DNA of 64,000 nucleotides. It comes from Chiloscyllium plagiosum. Lineage: Eukaryota. Made by a program: the position numbers and the translations under genes. The stretch is from contig NC_057718.1 of NCBI RefSeq assembly GCF_004010195.1, positions 46,603,823 through 46,667,822 on the forward strand, written 5' to 3'. Every line of letters starts with the position of its first letter. The first letter of the stretch is position 1. The notes beneath the pieces were generated by a model. That model was not told the origin of the DNA. It worked only from the letters and a program-made list of their open reading frames with translations, and ran no database searches. Shown piece by piece: positions 35,568 to 48,480 of this stretch.

Positions 35568-35604
35568 AGTTCTGAAGAAGGGTCAGTAGACCGAAACGTT
35601 AACT
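35568..35604 (+). ncRNA. Minimal type-I hammerhead ribozyme-like motif in a Penelope-like terminus
   Basis: AGTT-CTGAAGA-AG-GGTC(AGTA)GACC-GAAA-CGTT-AACT: helix I AGTT/AACT, helix II GGTC/GACC, palindromic ACGT helix III; activity unknown. Confidence 0.6.
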
Positions 35605-38199
35605 CTGCTTTCTCTCCACAGTTGTTGCCAGACCTGTTAATTTTCTCCAGCAATTTGTCTTTTGTTTCAGATCTACTCTTTGTTTTATTTTTGTGTAATT
35701 TGCAAATTGTTTTCTAGGTGCAAGATGCATGCCAGTTTAAAAGTGAGAGGAGCAAACAGATAAATGGATCAATACTTTAAAAGTTAAAGGTTTAATTGTT
35801 CAATGCCTTGTATTTGCACACATAAAAGCAACAAATCAAGTATTAGATGTGTGTAACAAATCTTTCAGTATCGCAGCTTATGTAACGTCAAATGGATATG
35901 TCAATATTTTGTTTACAGATGCTTTTATCAGAAATGGAAACTAAATAAATTCGATCCTTTTTTATGAAGACCATAACAGAATGGGGAGCTCATGTATGCC
36001 AACTAAGAACTATAGAATGATACATTACGAAATGAGGCTAATTGATTGTCATATCTGCACTAATGCTTTGAAAGAGCTATTCAGTTAGTCCACTTCCCTG
36101 CTCTTTTTCCGTACAATTTTTTCAGCTTTAAATGTTGAACCAATTAACTTTTACAATGTATTGTTGAATCTGTTTTTACCATCCTTTCAGGCAGTGCAGT
36201 CCAATTCATAAAATCTTTCTTTTTATCTTCTTGTTGTTTGTGGTCTTTTTGCCTGTTATCTTACACCTGTGCCCTCTGGCTGTTGATCCTTCTACCACGG
36301 GAAACAGTTTCAACTTATTTACTGTTTTCAAACTCTTTCCTAATTTCAAACAGCTGTATCAAGTCTTAACCTTCTTCTAGGACTTCTTCACGTAATTGAA
36401 ATCATCCATCCCTTGTACCAAAGTTGTATGTCTCTTGCACTCCTTTTCTAAGACTTGATGTCATTTCTGAATTGTGATGCCCAGAATTTGATACACTGAG
36501 GGGCATTTGAATATGGTAATATGCTACAGTAAGACTGAATGCAAAGGGGGCTTGCATCAGATTGTAATGCATCTATCAGTGGGTTTTTAACCAGCCACTG
36601 AATTTGCATTCGATTTCCAGATTTCCCAAAGGACACTTGGTGGATTGGAGCAGTTGGGGAGCAAAGGGATTGTCATTGTGGAGTCACAACATGCAGGTCT
36701 TTGCCTCACTGTACTGATTTGTCTTTAGATCTAATGCCTATGGGAGGGAAAAAATAACCCTGCTAATGAAATCATAAAGATGTACCTGGAGACTGATAGG
36801 AAAAATGCAATTTTACGCATAGCCTATGACTTACCCTCCTCTTAATATCACTTCTCTTCCTGGTAGTCCTGCTAATCAGATGTTCACCATTTGTCCATTC
36901 AGTGTGTGCCATTACCTTCTCTTGTAATTTCCTTGTTCCCTCCTTTCAGATAAAGAGAGCACAGAACAAACTAGATAGAGAATCAGTATTGTTTCTCCAG
37001 TAATCTCGATATTTCTGTAGGCGAGAAGAAGCCTGAAATTAGCAGTTTTGACAGGCAGGCCAGGAGCTGGCATTCAGAGATGGCGACCTCCCAACTAGTT
37101 GATGATAAAATTAAGTAACGGCTACATGGCATACAAAGCTCACCTATGATCACTCTTATGAAATACATTCTTTCACATATTTAACAAAAGAAATTGCTGG
37201 AGAAACTGGCAGTGTATGCGGGGAGAAAACAGTCTCAATGTTTCAAGTCTGGTGACTTTTCAGAAGAACAGATCTTGTCAAAGCTCCTGAAATGCAGCTT
37301 CAACATACCAACTGTTGGTGCACATCTTGTCATATTGAACTCCTGCTTGTGTTGCAGTGGAAACTGTGACTTTGACCAGTTTGACATGCCAAAAAATTCT
37401 AATCAAAGCCCTGAGCCATTGGTGTTGGAATCATCCATGCTTCTTGACAGTGATTCCATGCTTTCTAATAAACATGCGCCAAAAATCTGTGTATATCCTT
37501 TCAGTATTCTCCAGTATGCCATCTTTTCACCGATTTCATCTGTGACGGAACATCTACAGATCCTGCCTCTAAGCTACCCGCTAGATTACATACAGTGTCA
37601 GTTAAGAGTGAATGACAGGATTTCTTCATTCTCAACTTTCTTTCACTCTCCTAATTTCTACTCCTGCACGATTACCTGGTCAGCTTACGATTCTTATGTA
37701 TCTGAAAGGAGAAAGGCTTAAAGGCAGCATTTTGATGAGGCAGTTAGGTTGTGACAAAAGCAGATTATCACAATTGCAGCTATTAAATTAGATTAAGTGT
37801 GGGTTCCCAGGGGACCTGGGTTGAATGGGACTTCTCTAGTTCCATTTCAGCTGTTCACAGTCCTAGCTGGAAATCAACAACTTTCCAAACCCAGTGTGAA
37901 TGAAAATCATTGGCATGAGCTCTGACAAATATACCCCTTCGTACCCAAAAGCTGCATTTGTTAAATCTCTGTGACTTTCTGAGAATATTCATGGATGAAG
38001 TAGTTATCACCAGAATCTGATCTCTGTTGGAATGCAGTTTCCAAGATAGGAGGAAGTACCCTGAGCTCGAGTACCAACTGACTAGCAACTTCACATCCAC
38101 GTATATTTCACACAATGCTGGTCACTGATTCTGAACAGAGAGGCCTTGCGAAAACTATTCAAGGCAGTAGTCAGGTCACTGCTGGAAAACTGTGAACAG

Positions 38200-38715
38200 A
38201 TTTAGTTCCCTTATCGATGGAAAGATATACTGGCATTGCAGGCAGTCCAGAGACGTTTCACTGGGCTGATCCCACATATGAAGGACTATCTTCTGAGGAT
38301 AAGGTTATAAGGTTGAGCCTGTACTCACTAGAGTTTAAAAGAATGGAGGCAACCTTATTGAAACATTCCGGATTCTTGGAGAACTTAACAGGGTAGCTGC
38401 AGAAAGATTGTTTCCTCCTGTGGACGAGTCTATCTAGGACCAGGGACGTAATCTCAGGATATGGGGTTTAAGACAGAGATGAGGAGGAATTTCTTCTCCC
38501 AGAGTGTGGTGAATCTGTGGGATTCTTTAATGCAGAATATTGGGTGTCTAGTTCATTAAGTATATTCAAGGCTGAGATGGACTTAATCAGTAAAGGTTAT
38601 AAGGAAAAGGCAGGAAAGCAGATTTGAGGATTGTCCAATCAGCCATTACCTTACTGAATGGTAGAGCTGAGTTGATGGGGCTGAAAGGTTTACTTTTGCT
38701 TCTTTGTCTTATGAT
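38200..38715 (+). mobile_element. CR1 LINE 3' fragment
   Basis: GCAGTCCAGAGACGTTTCACT..., GAGATGAGGAGGAATTTCTTCTCCCAGAGTGTGGTGAATCTGTGG typical of the CR1 RT C-terminus; further fragments at ~39375-39610 (-) and ~47040-47670 (+). Confidence 0.75.
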
Positions 38716-41539
38716 TTTATTTGACATTAATTGTGGCATTATTGCTTAGATTCCTTATGAACGCTATAAACCATATTTATACTGGTTAGTTCTTGTTTGC
38801 AACAGCCAGGTGCAATATGTTTTTTACGGTTTAAAAAGCTCTGAGAAAGTGAACAGACACAGGGCAAGTGCGTCATGGCCACTCCCTGGGAATTTGCACA
38901 CTTGTGTAAACATGTTTTTGTGGTTGCATCCCAGCTGAAAAATCTTGAACTGCAAGCCCTTATACTTAATGAACACACCTGAATAATCTGAAATATCCTG
39001 ATTATCACAACCAGGCAGAAAAGAAGACCAGACTACCGACTCACTTGACTGGCATTGTCACTTTTAGTTTATAGAATTGCCAACCCTGGCAAACATAGCA
39101 ATTGTCACGTGTGTAATGCATTTGTAAGCAGCTGACTGTGAAATCAAACAATTCCTGGAAGAAACTTTAAAGAAACTGAGGATTGTATCACTTTACCAGC
39201 CTCTGGGAAAGTATGGCCACCAGTTTCACTTGGCAGCACATCTTCGTTCAGTCAGTTACAGATCTCTGCCAAGAACCTTTTGTTGAGCCCTGAGCTTCCT
39301 GAGAAACTGATGATCAGACATGTCCAGGAAACTTAAGCTCTGCCTGTACCCGTATGCCTATATCTCTCTGATTATCATAAGACATAGGAGTGGAAGTAAG
39401 GCCATTTGGCCCATCGAGTCCACTCCGCCATTTAATCATGGCTGATGGGCATTTCAACTCCACTAACCCACATTCTACCCGATTGACCCCCTCTAATTTT
39501 AAGGCTGTGCCCACGGGTCCTAGTCTCCCCGCCTAACGGAAACAATTTCTTAGCGTCCACCCTTTCCAAGCCATGTATTATCTTGTAAGTTTCTATTAGA
39601 TCTCCCCATCATCTCCTACTGTTGCGACTAGTCCCCAGGCGAGGTTCCCAATTTGTTGTAGTTCTAGATGAGGTACCTCTAACTGTTTATGACTTGATTG
39701 AGAAGGGGTCATCTGGCTCCTCTTGATCATCCACCTGTGCCCTTGCTTGGTTGCAACAAGTTAATTTTTTAAAAAGATCCTTTTTCTGATGGATACCTAT
39801 CTTCCAGACCCAAATGAATTTCTTAAAATAAGCAAAGTACTGCAAATGTTGAAGATCTGAAACGAAAAGAGAAAGTGCCGGAGAAACTCAACATTCCGGC
39901 AGTAGAGAAACTGTTAACACTTTGAGTCGAGCATGAATCATATCGGATTCAAATCATTAACTTTCTTTCTCCATCGATATTGCCAGATCTGCTGAGTTTC
40001 TCTAGTGCTTTTTTTTCATTCCAAATGATCTTAAGCTTTAAAAGGAGCAAATCTAATTAGCTTTATTGTATTAACAAAAAAATGAGTTTAAGTATCAAAC
40101 ACAAAACTAAAAAGTAATGCAGCACATATATAGATATTAGAAATACAAATCAGTCTGAGAATTTATTCGTGAAGAGCAGATAGTTAAACATCTGGTCCTT
40201 CGATTGGCTGTCATTTAGTGTCAATATTGGTAGTTAAACAGTCAGTTTTGAGGTTCGTGGCTTTGTAGGTTGATTGAAATTTTTTTTGCCCTGATTCTTT
40301 TTGACAGTAACGTACTGTCAGCACTGAGTGAGAGAGAGTCTTTTCTCTTTCTTTACCATCAGCACAGCAGTTGGCTGTTTTCAGTGTTATAACCTCAAAG
40401 CACATTAGTCCTCACATTGGGACGTCAGGTCACTAATGCATCCAGATTAATGCTGCTGTTGGTTTTTAACCCTAGTTCGGAAGGCCAAAACATGCGCACT
40501 CTGCAAGGGTGGCTTTCTGCTGAAAAGAGAGGGATGGATAATCAGCCTACTTGTTCTGTCACCCTGTTCGTTTCCCTCTCTGGTTTAAGTGTTTATAGCA
40601 GTCTACAGATGCCATTCTTTCCCAGATGCTGCTAAAGTGAAACCATCTTCAACTTCACATTCCTTACAGAGACATTCCATGGGTCACAAACAAAACTTTA
40701 CCAGACAGCAGTTGAACTTACATGTGCAGATTTTTTTTTGGCTGTAGCAGACTTTGTTTGCAATACAAATTTTGGATTTAAAAGTAACAATGTCTGTCGT
40801 GCTTTGGGATTTTGATGTATCATTATGACGCTGTAAAACAGCATCTTTAGGGAGAATACTGCTGCTGCTAGTGGTGCAACCAGTGTAAGTCTCTCTGGTG
40901 CTGCTTTTGCTGGCCATCAGGGTACTCCTCTGAAACCCAAACTAAAACAGCAAGTATAAACAGCATCCATGCTAGCTTGGAATGTCACAGATACAGAATG
41001 GAAACCAAACCCACCAAATGGTAAAAGTCACCATCAAACCATTAGAAAAGTAGAGAAAGTAAGTCTTAGAGCAAGTACTACGCACAAAAGATTTTTGTGC
41101 AATGAAGCAAGGAAGCAGCTGAGAGGTATTGAGACTAATGGGAATATTTCCTTGTGGTTTCTTAAGCACCTCAAATAAGTTCAGTTGTCTTGTTTCCACA
41201 AGTGAATTATAAGAAACCTTAGAAACTAGTTATAGATTAAAGTCCCATTGAAAAATGATCTGTTAACATATTGAACTTGTTAACCTGCCTCTTCAAGATG
41301 CTGTGGTTTATCTTTCAAAACCCAATATGTTGTAGTTAAATGCAGAAATAAATGCTAATCTCACTCTTAAAACCAGCTCCTCAAGCATTCAGGCTAAATG
41401 ACTGACAAAACAATTACAACAAACTGGATACTATATCCAGATACCAAAAGATTTAAACCTCAGTTCTAAAATGGCCAACGTTTCAGGGAGGATGAACAAA
41501 ACAATTCAGTCATCCTGTGGCATTCTCCTTGAATCCCAC

Positions 41540-42037
41540 ACTTACCCCATCACACTCACTTAACCAAGCATACACACACGCACACACTCACATGCACACT
41601 CAATCACCTACATGCACACACATATAAGCCTATGGGGTGAATTTGTTTTTGCAGAATTACATTTTATTTTGCTCAAAAACTGCATGAAGCCATGTAAAAC
41701 TCTGTAAAACTATATAGAGGGTTTGTCAGTCTCTCATAGCATTGGGACACAGATAGACTCAAGCTAAGCTATCTTGAGAATGTAATTTAAAAGGAGTTCT
41801 GGGATTTACATATCAAAGAACAGAAACCAGCATATCCCATTATAAAAGATGACAGTTTTAATCTGAGATTGTTTACTGTATCATATCTCCATATACACTG
41901 GATGCCTTTGGCTATAAATTCTGTGAGTGTGATCTTATCCTCCACAACCGCCTGATGAAGGAGCTGCGCTCAGAAAGCTAGTGCTTCCAAATAAACCTGT
42001 TAGACTATAGCGTGGTGTTGTGTGATTTTTAACTTTC
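41540..42037 (+). mobile_element. Penelope-like 3' terminal fragment (another family) with a hammerhead-like motif
   Basis: CA-rich tract, then CGC-CTGATGA-AGGAGCTGCGCTCA-GAAA-GCTA-GTG at 41949-41983 and the tail TGCTTCCAAATAAACCTGTT.GACTATA. Confidence 0.6.
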
Positions 42038-43519
42038 TAGTCATCATGCATTTATAACAGTAGGTGGCTCTGTTTACCCACAAGCTTTAGTGTCTTTTCA
42101 TTTGCTCCACCCCTACACAAGCCATTAATCCTCTTTCAGGATGTATCATTCAACAATTTTCTGCAATAAGCTGCATTTGCTACTTAACTTCTGTACCTAT
42201 CTAATCTGTGCCTACTTGTAGTCTGTCTATCATTAAAACTTTATAGCAGCAAAAGCAATTTATCATTGCTCAGTAAGATCAATTCACTTCATCCCATTTA
42301 TCTGCTCATAAACCATTGCAGCAATAATAACTTCATTTTGTATAGCACTCTTTAGTTCTGTTACAGAAAGCCACTGGAACACGATAGCATTGGAGCTAAT
42401 CTTTACTCAGTTTTAGATTTATTTACAGAATGAAAGATTACTATCATATACATGGACGGGTTGGACTGAAAGGTCTGTTTCCGTGCTGTACATCTCTATG
42501 ACTCTATGACCTCCTAATTTGGCCACATTGCAGTTTCAATAAGTATTACTTTTTATATGTGAAACTAAAATGAATGCCCTACATCTACATGTGATTAACA
42601 GAGATATCCCTTGATATCTCTCCAAACTGGGACAGGAAGTTGGTGTCATTGACTCCGTTGATGTGCACCTGGAACCAGAAATTGACACCCATTCTGATCT
42701 TAGGCTCATGCAGTTTGTGTGCCAGATTAGAGGGCAGGGATTGGATTGGAGGGATTAGAGAATTGGAGGAACATTGAGTTGTGGGATGGTTTTAATACTG
42801 CAGGTCCTCACAAATATAAGGGTGAAGCCATAGAAGCCTGTGATTATTAAAGGGCTGGGTGTTTCCCTCCTGTAATCTCTAACTCTCGTCTGACTATTGT
42901 AATTCTTTCTCTCTAATGTTTCTAACCTCACGCTCTGAGACAAAACTGCTGAAGAGGGAAGCAGACAATTAGTGAGAGACTGGAAGGCTGGGGTCTAAGT
43001 GGCTGCATGTGGATAAGATGCAGATAGGGATGGAGTGCCTGGTGAGCAGCAGTATTTCTCTGTTACATATTCTATGTTAATCTAAACTATAAGGTTGCTT
43101 GTCTAACTTCAGTCATGGATGCACTGCATTTTTTTTTTAATAATTGTTTTTGAGATCCGAATGATGCTGGTTCAGCCACCATTTATTTTCCATCCCTAAT
43201 TGCCTTGGTGAAGGTGGTAATAAGCTGCCATCTTGAACTGCTGCTGTCATTGGGATGTAAAGACACCCGCAGTGCTGTTAGGAAGAGCATTACAAGATTT
43301 TGTCCCAACAAAAATGAAGGAATGTTGTTTAGAGTTTCATGTCAGGATGATTAAGAGACTCCTATGTAAGTACATGAATAGGAATATGCCAGGAACAGGC
43401 AGGTGGGACTAATTTAATTTGTGTTTATGTTTGACATGGACTGGTTGGACCAAAGGGTCTGTTCCTGTGCTGTATGCCTCTGACTCTATGTGTACCTTGG
43501 TGGGTCAACTTGCAGATGA

Positions 43520-45120
43520 TCATGTTCCCATGTACCTATCTACCCTTGTCCTTCTAGTTGTTATAAGTTGTGGGTTTGAAAGGTGATGTGAAAGGAACCT
43601 TGGTGAGTTACTGCAGTGCTTTTTATAGTTGTACTGCATGTACCGCTGCCACCAGGCTGTGGCGTCAAAGGTTGTGGTACTAATTAAGTGGGTTGCCTTT
43701 TCCTGGATAGTGTCAAGTTTCTTGAGAATTGTTGGAGCTGCACCCAACCAGGCAAATGGAGAGTATTCCATTACATTCCTAATTTGTGCTTTGTAAACAG
43801 TATCAGGCATTGGGAAGGCAGAATGTGAGTTACCCACCACAGAATTTCTAGCCTCCAACCTTATCTTGTAGCCACACCGTTTATGGGGCTGGTCTATGCT
43901 AGGCGCTAGGGAATGGTAACCCCCAGGATATGCTTAATGGGTGATTTGATTATGGTAATGCCATTGTATATCAAGGGGCAATGGTTAGATTCTCATTGTT
44001 GAAGATGGCCATTGTGTGATGTCAGTATTGCTTGCCATTGGTCAGCACAAGCCTGGATATAGTACAAGTCCTGCTTCAGGTGGATGCAGACTACTCCAGT
44101 ATCTGAGGAGTCCTGAATGGTGCAGAATGTTGTACAATCACAGCAAACATCCCTACCTCTGACCTTCTGATGGAGGGAAGGTCATTGATAAAGCAACTGT
44201 AGATGATTGGGCCCAGAACATTACTCTGACAAACTGCTACAGTGACATCTTAGAGCTGAAATGATATTCCTTTTCAATTTCCTTTGCAAGTTATTCCTTT
44301 GCAATTTCCACTTGATTGCACTGTCAATGAACCCTTCCATCACTTTGCTTATAATCATGGTAATTGACCAGGTGGTATTATCCTGCTTTTTGCATACAGA
44401 ATATACATGGGCAATTTTGCCACATTACTAGGTAGACAGCAGTATTATAGGTGTGCTGGAACTGGCTAGGGGCATGCCTGGATCTGTAGCAAAACTTTCA
44501 TTACTATTACCAGAATTTGTTAAGGCCCATAGCCTTTGCAGTATCATATCTTCAATTTTTTTTTAATATCACATGGAGTGAATCGAATCGTCTGAAGACT
44601 GGCACCTACAATGCTGGGGCCTCAAGAAAGAGTTGAAATGTATCAACTCGCTGAAGGTGAATGTAAATACTTCACCCTCGAATTTTGCACTGATGTGCTG
44701 GCCTCCTCCATTGTTGAGAATGGAGATATGTGTGGAGCCTTCACCACCTATTTGTCGTGGATGTGGCAGAACTGCACATCTTAGATCTGATCCGAAGGTT
44801 TTGGGATCATGTAGCCCTGTCTATTGCAAACCAAACAGCAGAAGCAGCCTTCAAGTACCCTTGTGTTGTAACTTCACAAAACGGACTTCTCATTTTTAGG
44901 TATACCTGGTGCTGGTCCTGGCATGCCCAACTGCATTCTTCATCAAACTAGCTTAACAGTAGTGGTAGAGTACTGGATATGAGATTCATAAATTGCAGAT
45001 TGTGGTTGAATACAATTCTGTTATTGTTGATGACCCATAACACCTAATAGATGTCCAGTTTGAGTTGCTAGACCCATTCAAAGTCTATCTCACTTAGCAC
45101 TGTGGTAGCCAATAACATGG
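43520..45120 (-). mobile_element. Old CR1/L2-superfamily LINE RT fragment
   Basis: ORF 43520..43858: YKAQIRNVMEYSPFAWLGAAPTILKKLDTIQEKA; decayed RT-like sequence upstream on the minus strand. Confidence 0.75.
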
Positions 45121-47984
45121 GCAATATTGGGCTTTACACTCTTGGAAGTAATGGCAAGTATCTGAAGAGAGTGAAAAAACTTCACAATAGGCAATATCAA
45201 GAGTAAGAACTTTCAGTATTCTGCCCTAGTTTTAAAGAAAAGTCCCATTGGACTTGAAACATTAACTTTTTCTCCAGATGCTGCCAGACTTGCTGAGTTT
45301 CTCTAGTCCTTTCTGTTTTTATTTCAGATTTCAAGTTTTGCTTTCATTCTGCCTGAATATTTATACATATAAATTATATGACCCAGATCAGTATTAATTT
45401 TGTATTTGATAACACTCACGTGAAGCAACTTATGTTAGGGGTGCTGTATCAATATTGTGCAGAGTTGCCTTTACCACCTTCAGCTGTTGCTCCAAGCAGT
45501 GTTTGATGCAGAGGGGGTGGGACAATCAGATAGCAATCAGCAAGAGGTTTCCTTGCAAATGTTTGACTTGATGCTAATAGATTTAATGGGATAAAGAGTT
45601 CCTCAAGCTACATGATTGGGAGATTGAAGCCATAATTTGTGCTTCCAATGTTGTGCTTCACATCCATGCCTTAGTGAGCTACAGATTTTACTATTCCAAT
45701 GTGCCATGAACTGTTTTGGAATCTTCGAGCCCCTAAACTTCAGTTCATTCAAACCTCTACTGACCATATCCTTTTGCATGTGACACCTTGCTTGCTAATT
45801 GCCCCGTATACTCTATCGTGCATTGGTTCCCAGTCATCTGATGCCTCAAATATAGAACTTTTGGCCAGTTATTTAAATCACTGTCTTGTTACACTCTACA
45901 TTTAAACTCAAATCCCATCTTAGATTTTCTCTCCTCTGTTTCTGACTTCCTTCCTCAGCTCACTATTAATAGTCAGGCCTTCATCTACCTAGATCTACGA
46001 TCTACAAATTCCTCCTTAAACCTCCACATTTCCTCTAGTAAACTGTTTTATCATTCCATTCTTTTGACTTGCTTTTTACCTCCTTTCTGAATAGCTCATG
46101 GATTGGTATCCATATTATTTGATTATGCTTCTTTCAAAACCTAGAGACCATTTCTACATTAGAAGTGCAATGTAAATGCAATTTGGTTTTAAAATCTCTG
46201 GATAGTTTGTACTGGTCTGTTCTTGTTGGGACAAACAGTAAATAAGAGAGAATTAAAGTTAATGCTTCTCACCAGACTCAGGGCGATATTAAGTGAAAAG
46301 CTTTGCTCTTTAGATTATAAATCATAAAACTGCATCCATTCTTTTTGGTTCCACTTGGCACCTGTTTGCCCTTTGCTCCAGCTACTCCAGCTTGTTTCGG
46401 CTAAACCAGATGTTGCACAACCTTGCTACTGCCATAACATGAGCTTTACATCCAGTCAGTTTACTACTGCAATTTCCACTTGGAAGCCTCCTCTGCTTGC
46501 ACCTGTTCTCTTCCTTTCACCACACCCCGCCCTCACTACTTGCTCAAACCTTAATTTGTAAGTATTTATGATGAATGGCTCTTGCTATGCCCGGACCTTT
46601 TTAGAATTTTCTTTCAAAGTCGGTGTACTAGACTTCCATCAAGAAAACCTTTCCTTTGAAGAACCAGAAATCTGTTTTCATTTTTTTAAATCCCCATGTC
46701 TAAATACTAGCATATTTTGTATTAATGCTGAGTATTGGAATTTTGAATGATCTTGTGTCTTTTATCAATTGGAAGACAGGAATTATAATTCTGGCAACTT
46801 GCTTTATACGAGCTGAAGTCACACACTACTTAACCATTAAATTTACAATGGTCTGAAGTAGTTTAATTTAATTTATTTAAAATCCAGCACTGTGGGTGAT
46901 TTACAAGGTTTCTCAATATGCAACATTATTTCTCAGTGAAATAAATTAATCTTTCTTTATTTACCATAGGAAAAAAAAATGCAATTATGAGGTAGGTACT
47001 CTAAGTGGAAATGTGAGACCCATGGGTAATGCCAAAAGAATCTGCAGAGAGATGTAGACAGGTTAAGTGAGTCGACAAAAACTTAGCAGATTGAATATTT
47101 ATGTGGGAAAAATGTAAGGTTGCACACTTTGGAAGAAAGAATAGAGGAGCTGAATTTTACTTAAATGGAGAAAATCTGCAGAAAGCTACGGAAAGGAGGA
47201 ATTTGGGAATATTTGTGCATGAATCAGAAAAAGCTAGCATTCCGAGTTCAGTGGGTCATAGGAAAAGCAGTTGGAATGTTGACCTTTATTGCAAAAGTAA
47301 TCTCTGGCTTTTGTAGTGCAGTGGTAATGTCCCTACATCTGAGCCAGGCCTGGGTTCAAGTCCCAACTGCTGCTAAGGTGTGTAATAACATCTCTCAACA
47401 AGTTAATTAGAATATGTTTAAAAGTCAGGAGGTTTTACTAAACCTACACAAGGCACAATCCAGAGCACAGCTGGAATATTGGAAATGGTTTTGATCCCCT
47501 TATCTAAGGAATGATATGTTTACATTACTGGCAGTCCAGACAAGGTTCACAGGCTAATACCAGGTATTGAGGGACTGTTTTAATAGGAGATATTGATTAG
47601 GGTGCCTATAGTCATTGGGATTTGGAAGAGTGAAAGGCAACCTTACTGAAACATACAAGTTTCTTGGGGGGTGGGGTGAAAATGTTGGGGACCATGAGGA
47701 CATCAGGCTGAGGCTGGAAGTTATTGGCAGAGGAGTCCTCTACATCACCTTCCATCATGCTAGAAATCAAAAGGGTGGAATGTGAAAGAAAATAGCTGCA
47801 GCCCTGGGAGGGTTTTTAAAAAGATAAAGGCATAGGTCATAGGCCCATGTATGTGCAGCACACAGGGTGCCTACTCCTTTGAGATCCCCTCTCACTGGCC
47901 CTCTGTGTGTTGTGCCTCCTGGCACAGCACTGTTGGACAACTCTTTGACATGGATACCTTTTGCACACAAATGGAGCCAAATAT

Positions 47985-48480
47985 TAGGCATGTTTGGTAA
48001 AAATGACCCTCAACTTCCTGTTGCCTACCACTTCAATACACCACTATGTTCCCTGGCCAACATATCTGTCTCAGGGTTGCTCCAGTGAAGCTCAGGGCAA
48101 GCTAGATGGACGGCATCTCATTTTTCTCTGGTGGACCTGCAGCCTTTAGCACTCAATATCGAGTTCAAAAAGTTTAGAGCCTGAGCAGCTGCTCCCATAT
48201 TCTTAGCCCAATCCCCGCATACCAGACCTTGTCATTACTTAGGCTGCCATCACAAACAACCTATTGTCAACCACTAATGTCCCCATTAGCAACTATTGTC
48301 TCTCTCAGGCTCACCCTTACCCATTCCTTTGTCTGCCCAACTGTTTTCTGTCTCTCTCCCTCTTTCTGCGCTCCATCTCTACCTATCATTTACTCACCTC
48401 TTCCCCACCACCATCCTTCCCCAAAATCTTCAGTATCTGTACCAATCTTTTTCTGGCTACAATCAGTTCTCAAGATGTCC
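47985..48480 (+). mobile_element. Penelope-like GIY-YIG C-terminal fragment
   Basis: KNDPQLPVAYHFNTPLCSLANISVSGLLQ resembles the 9420-9600 region. Confidence 0.65.
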
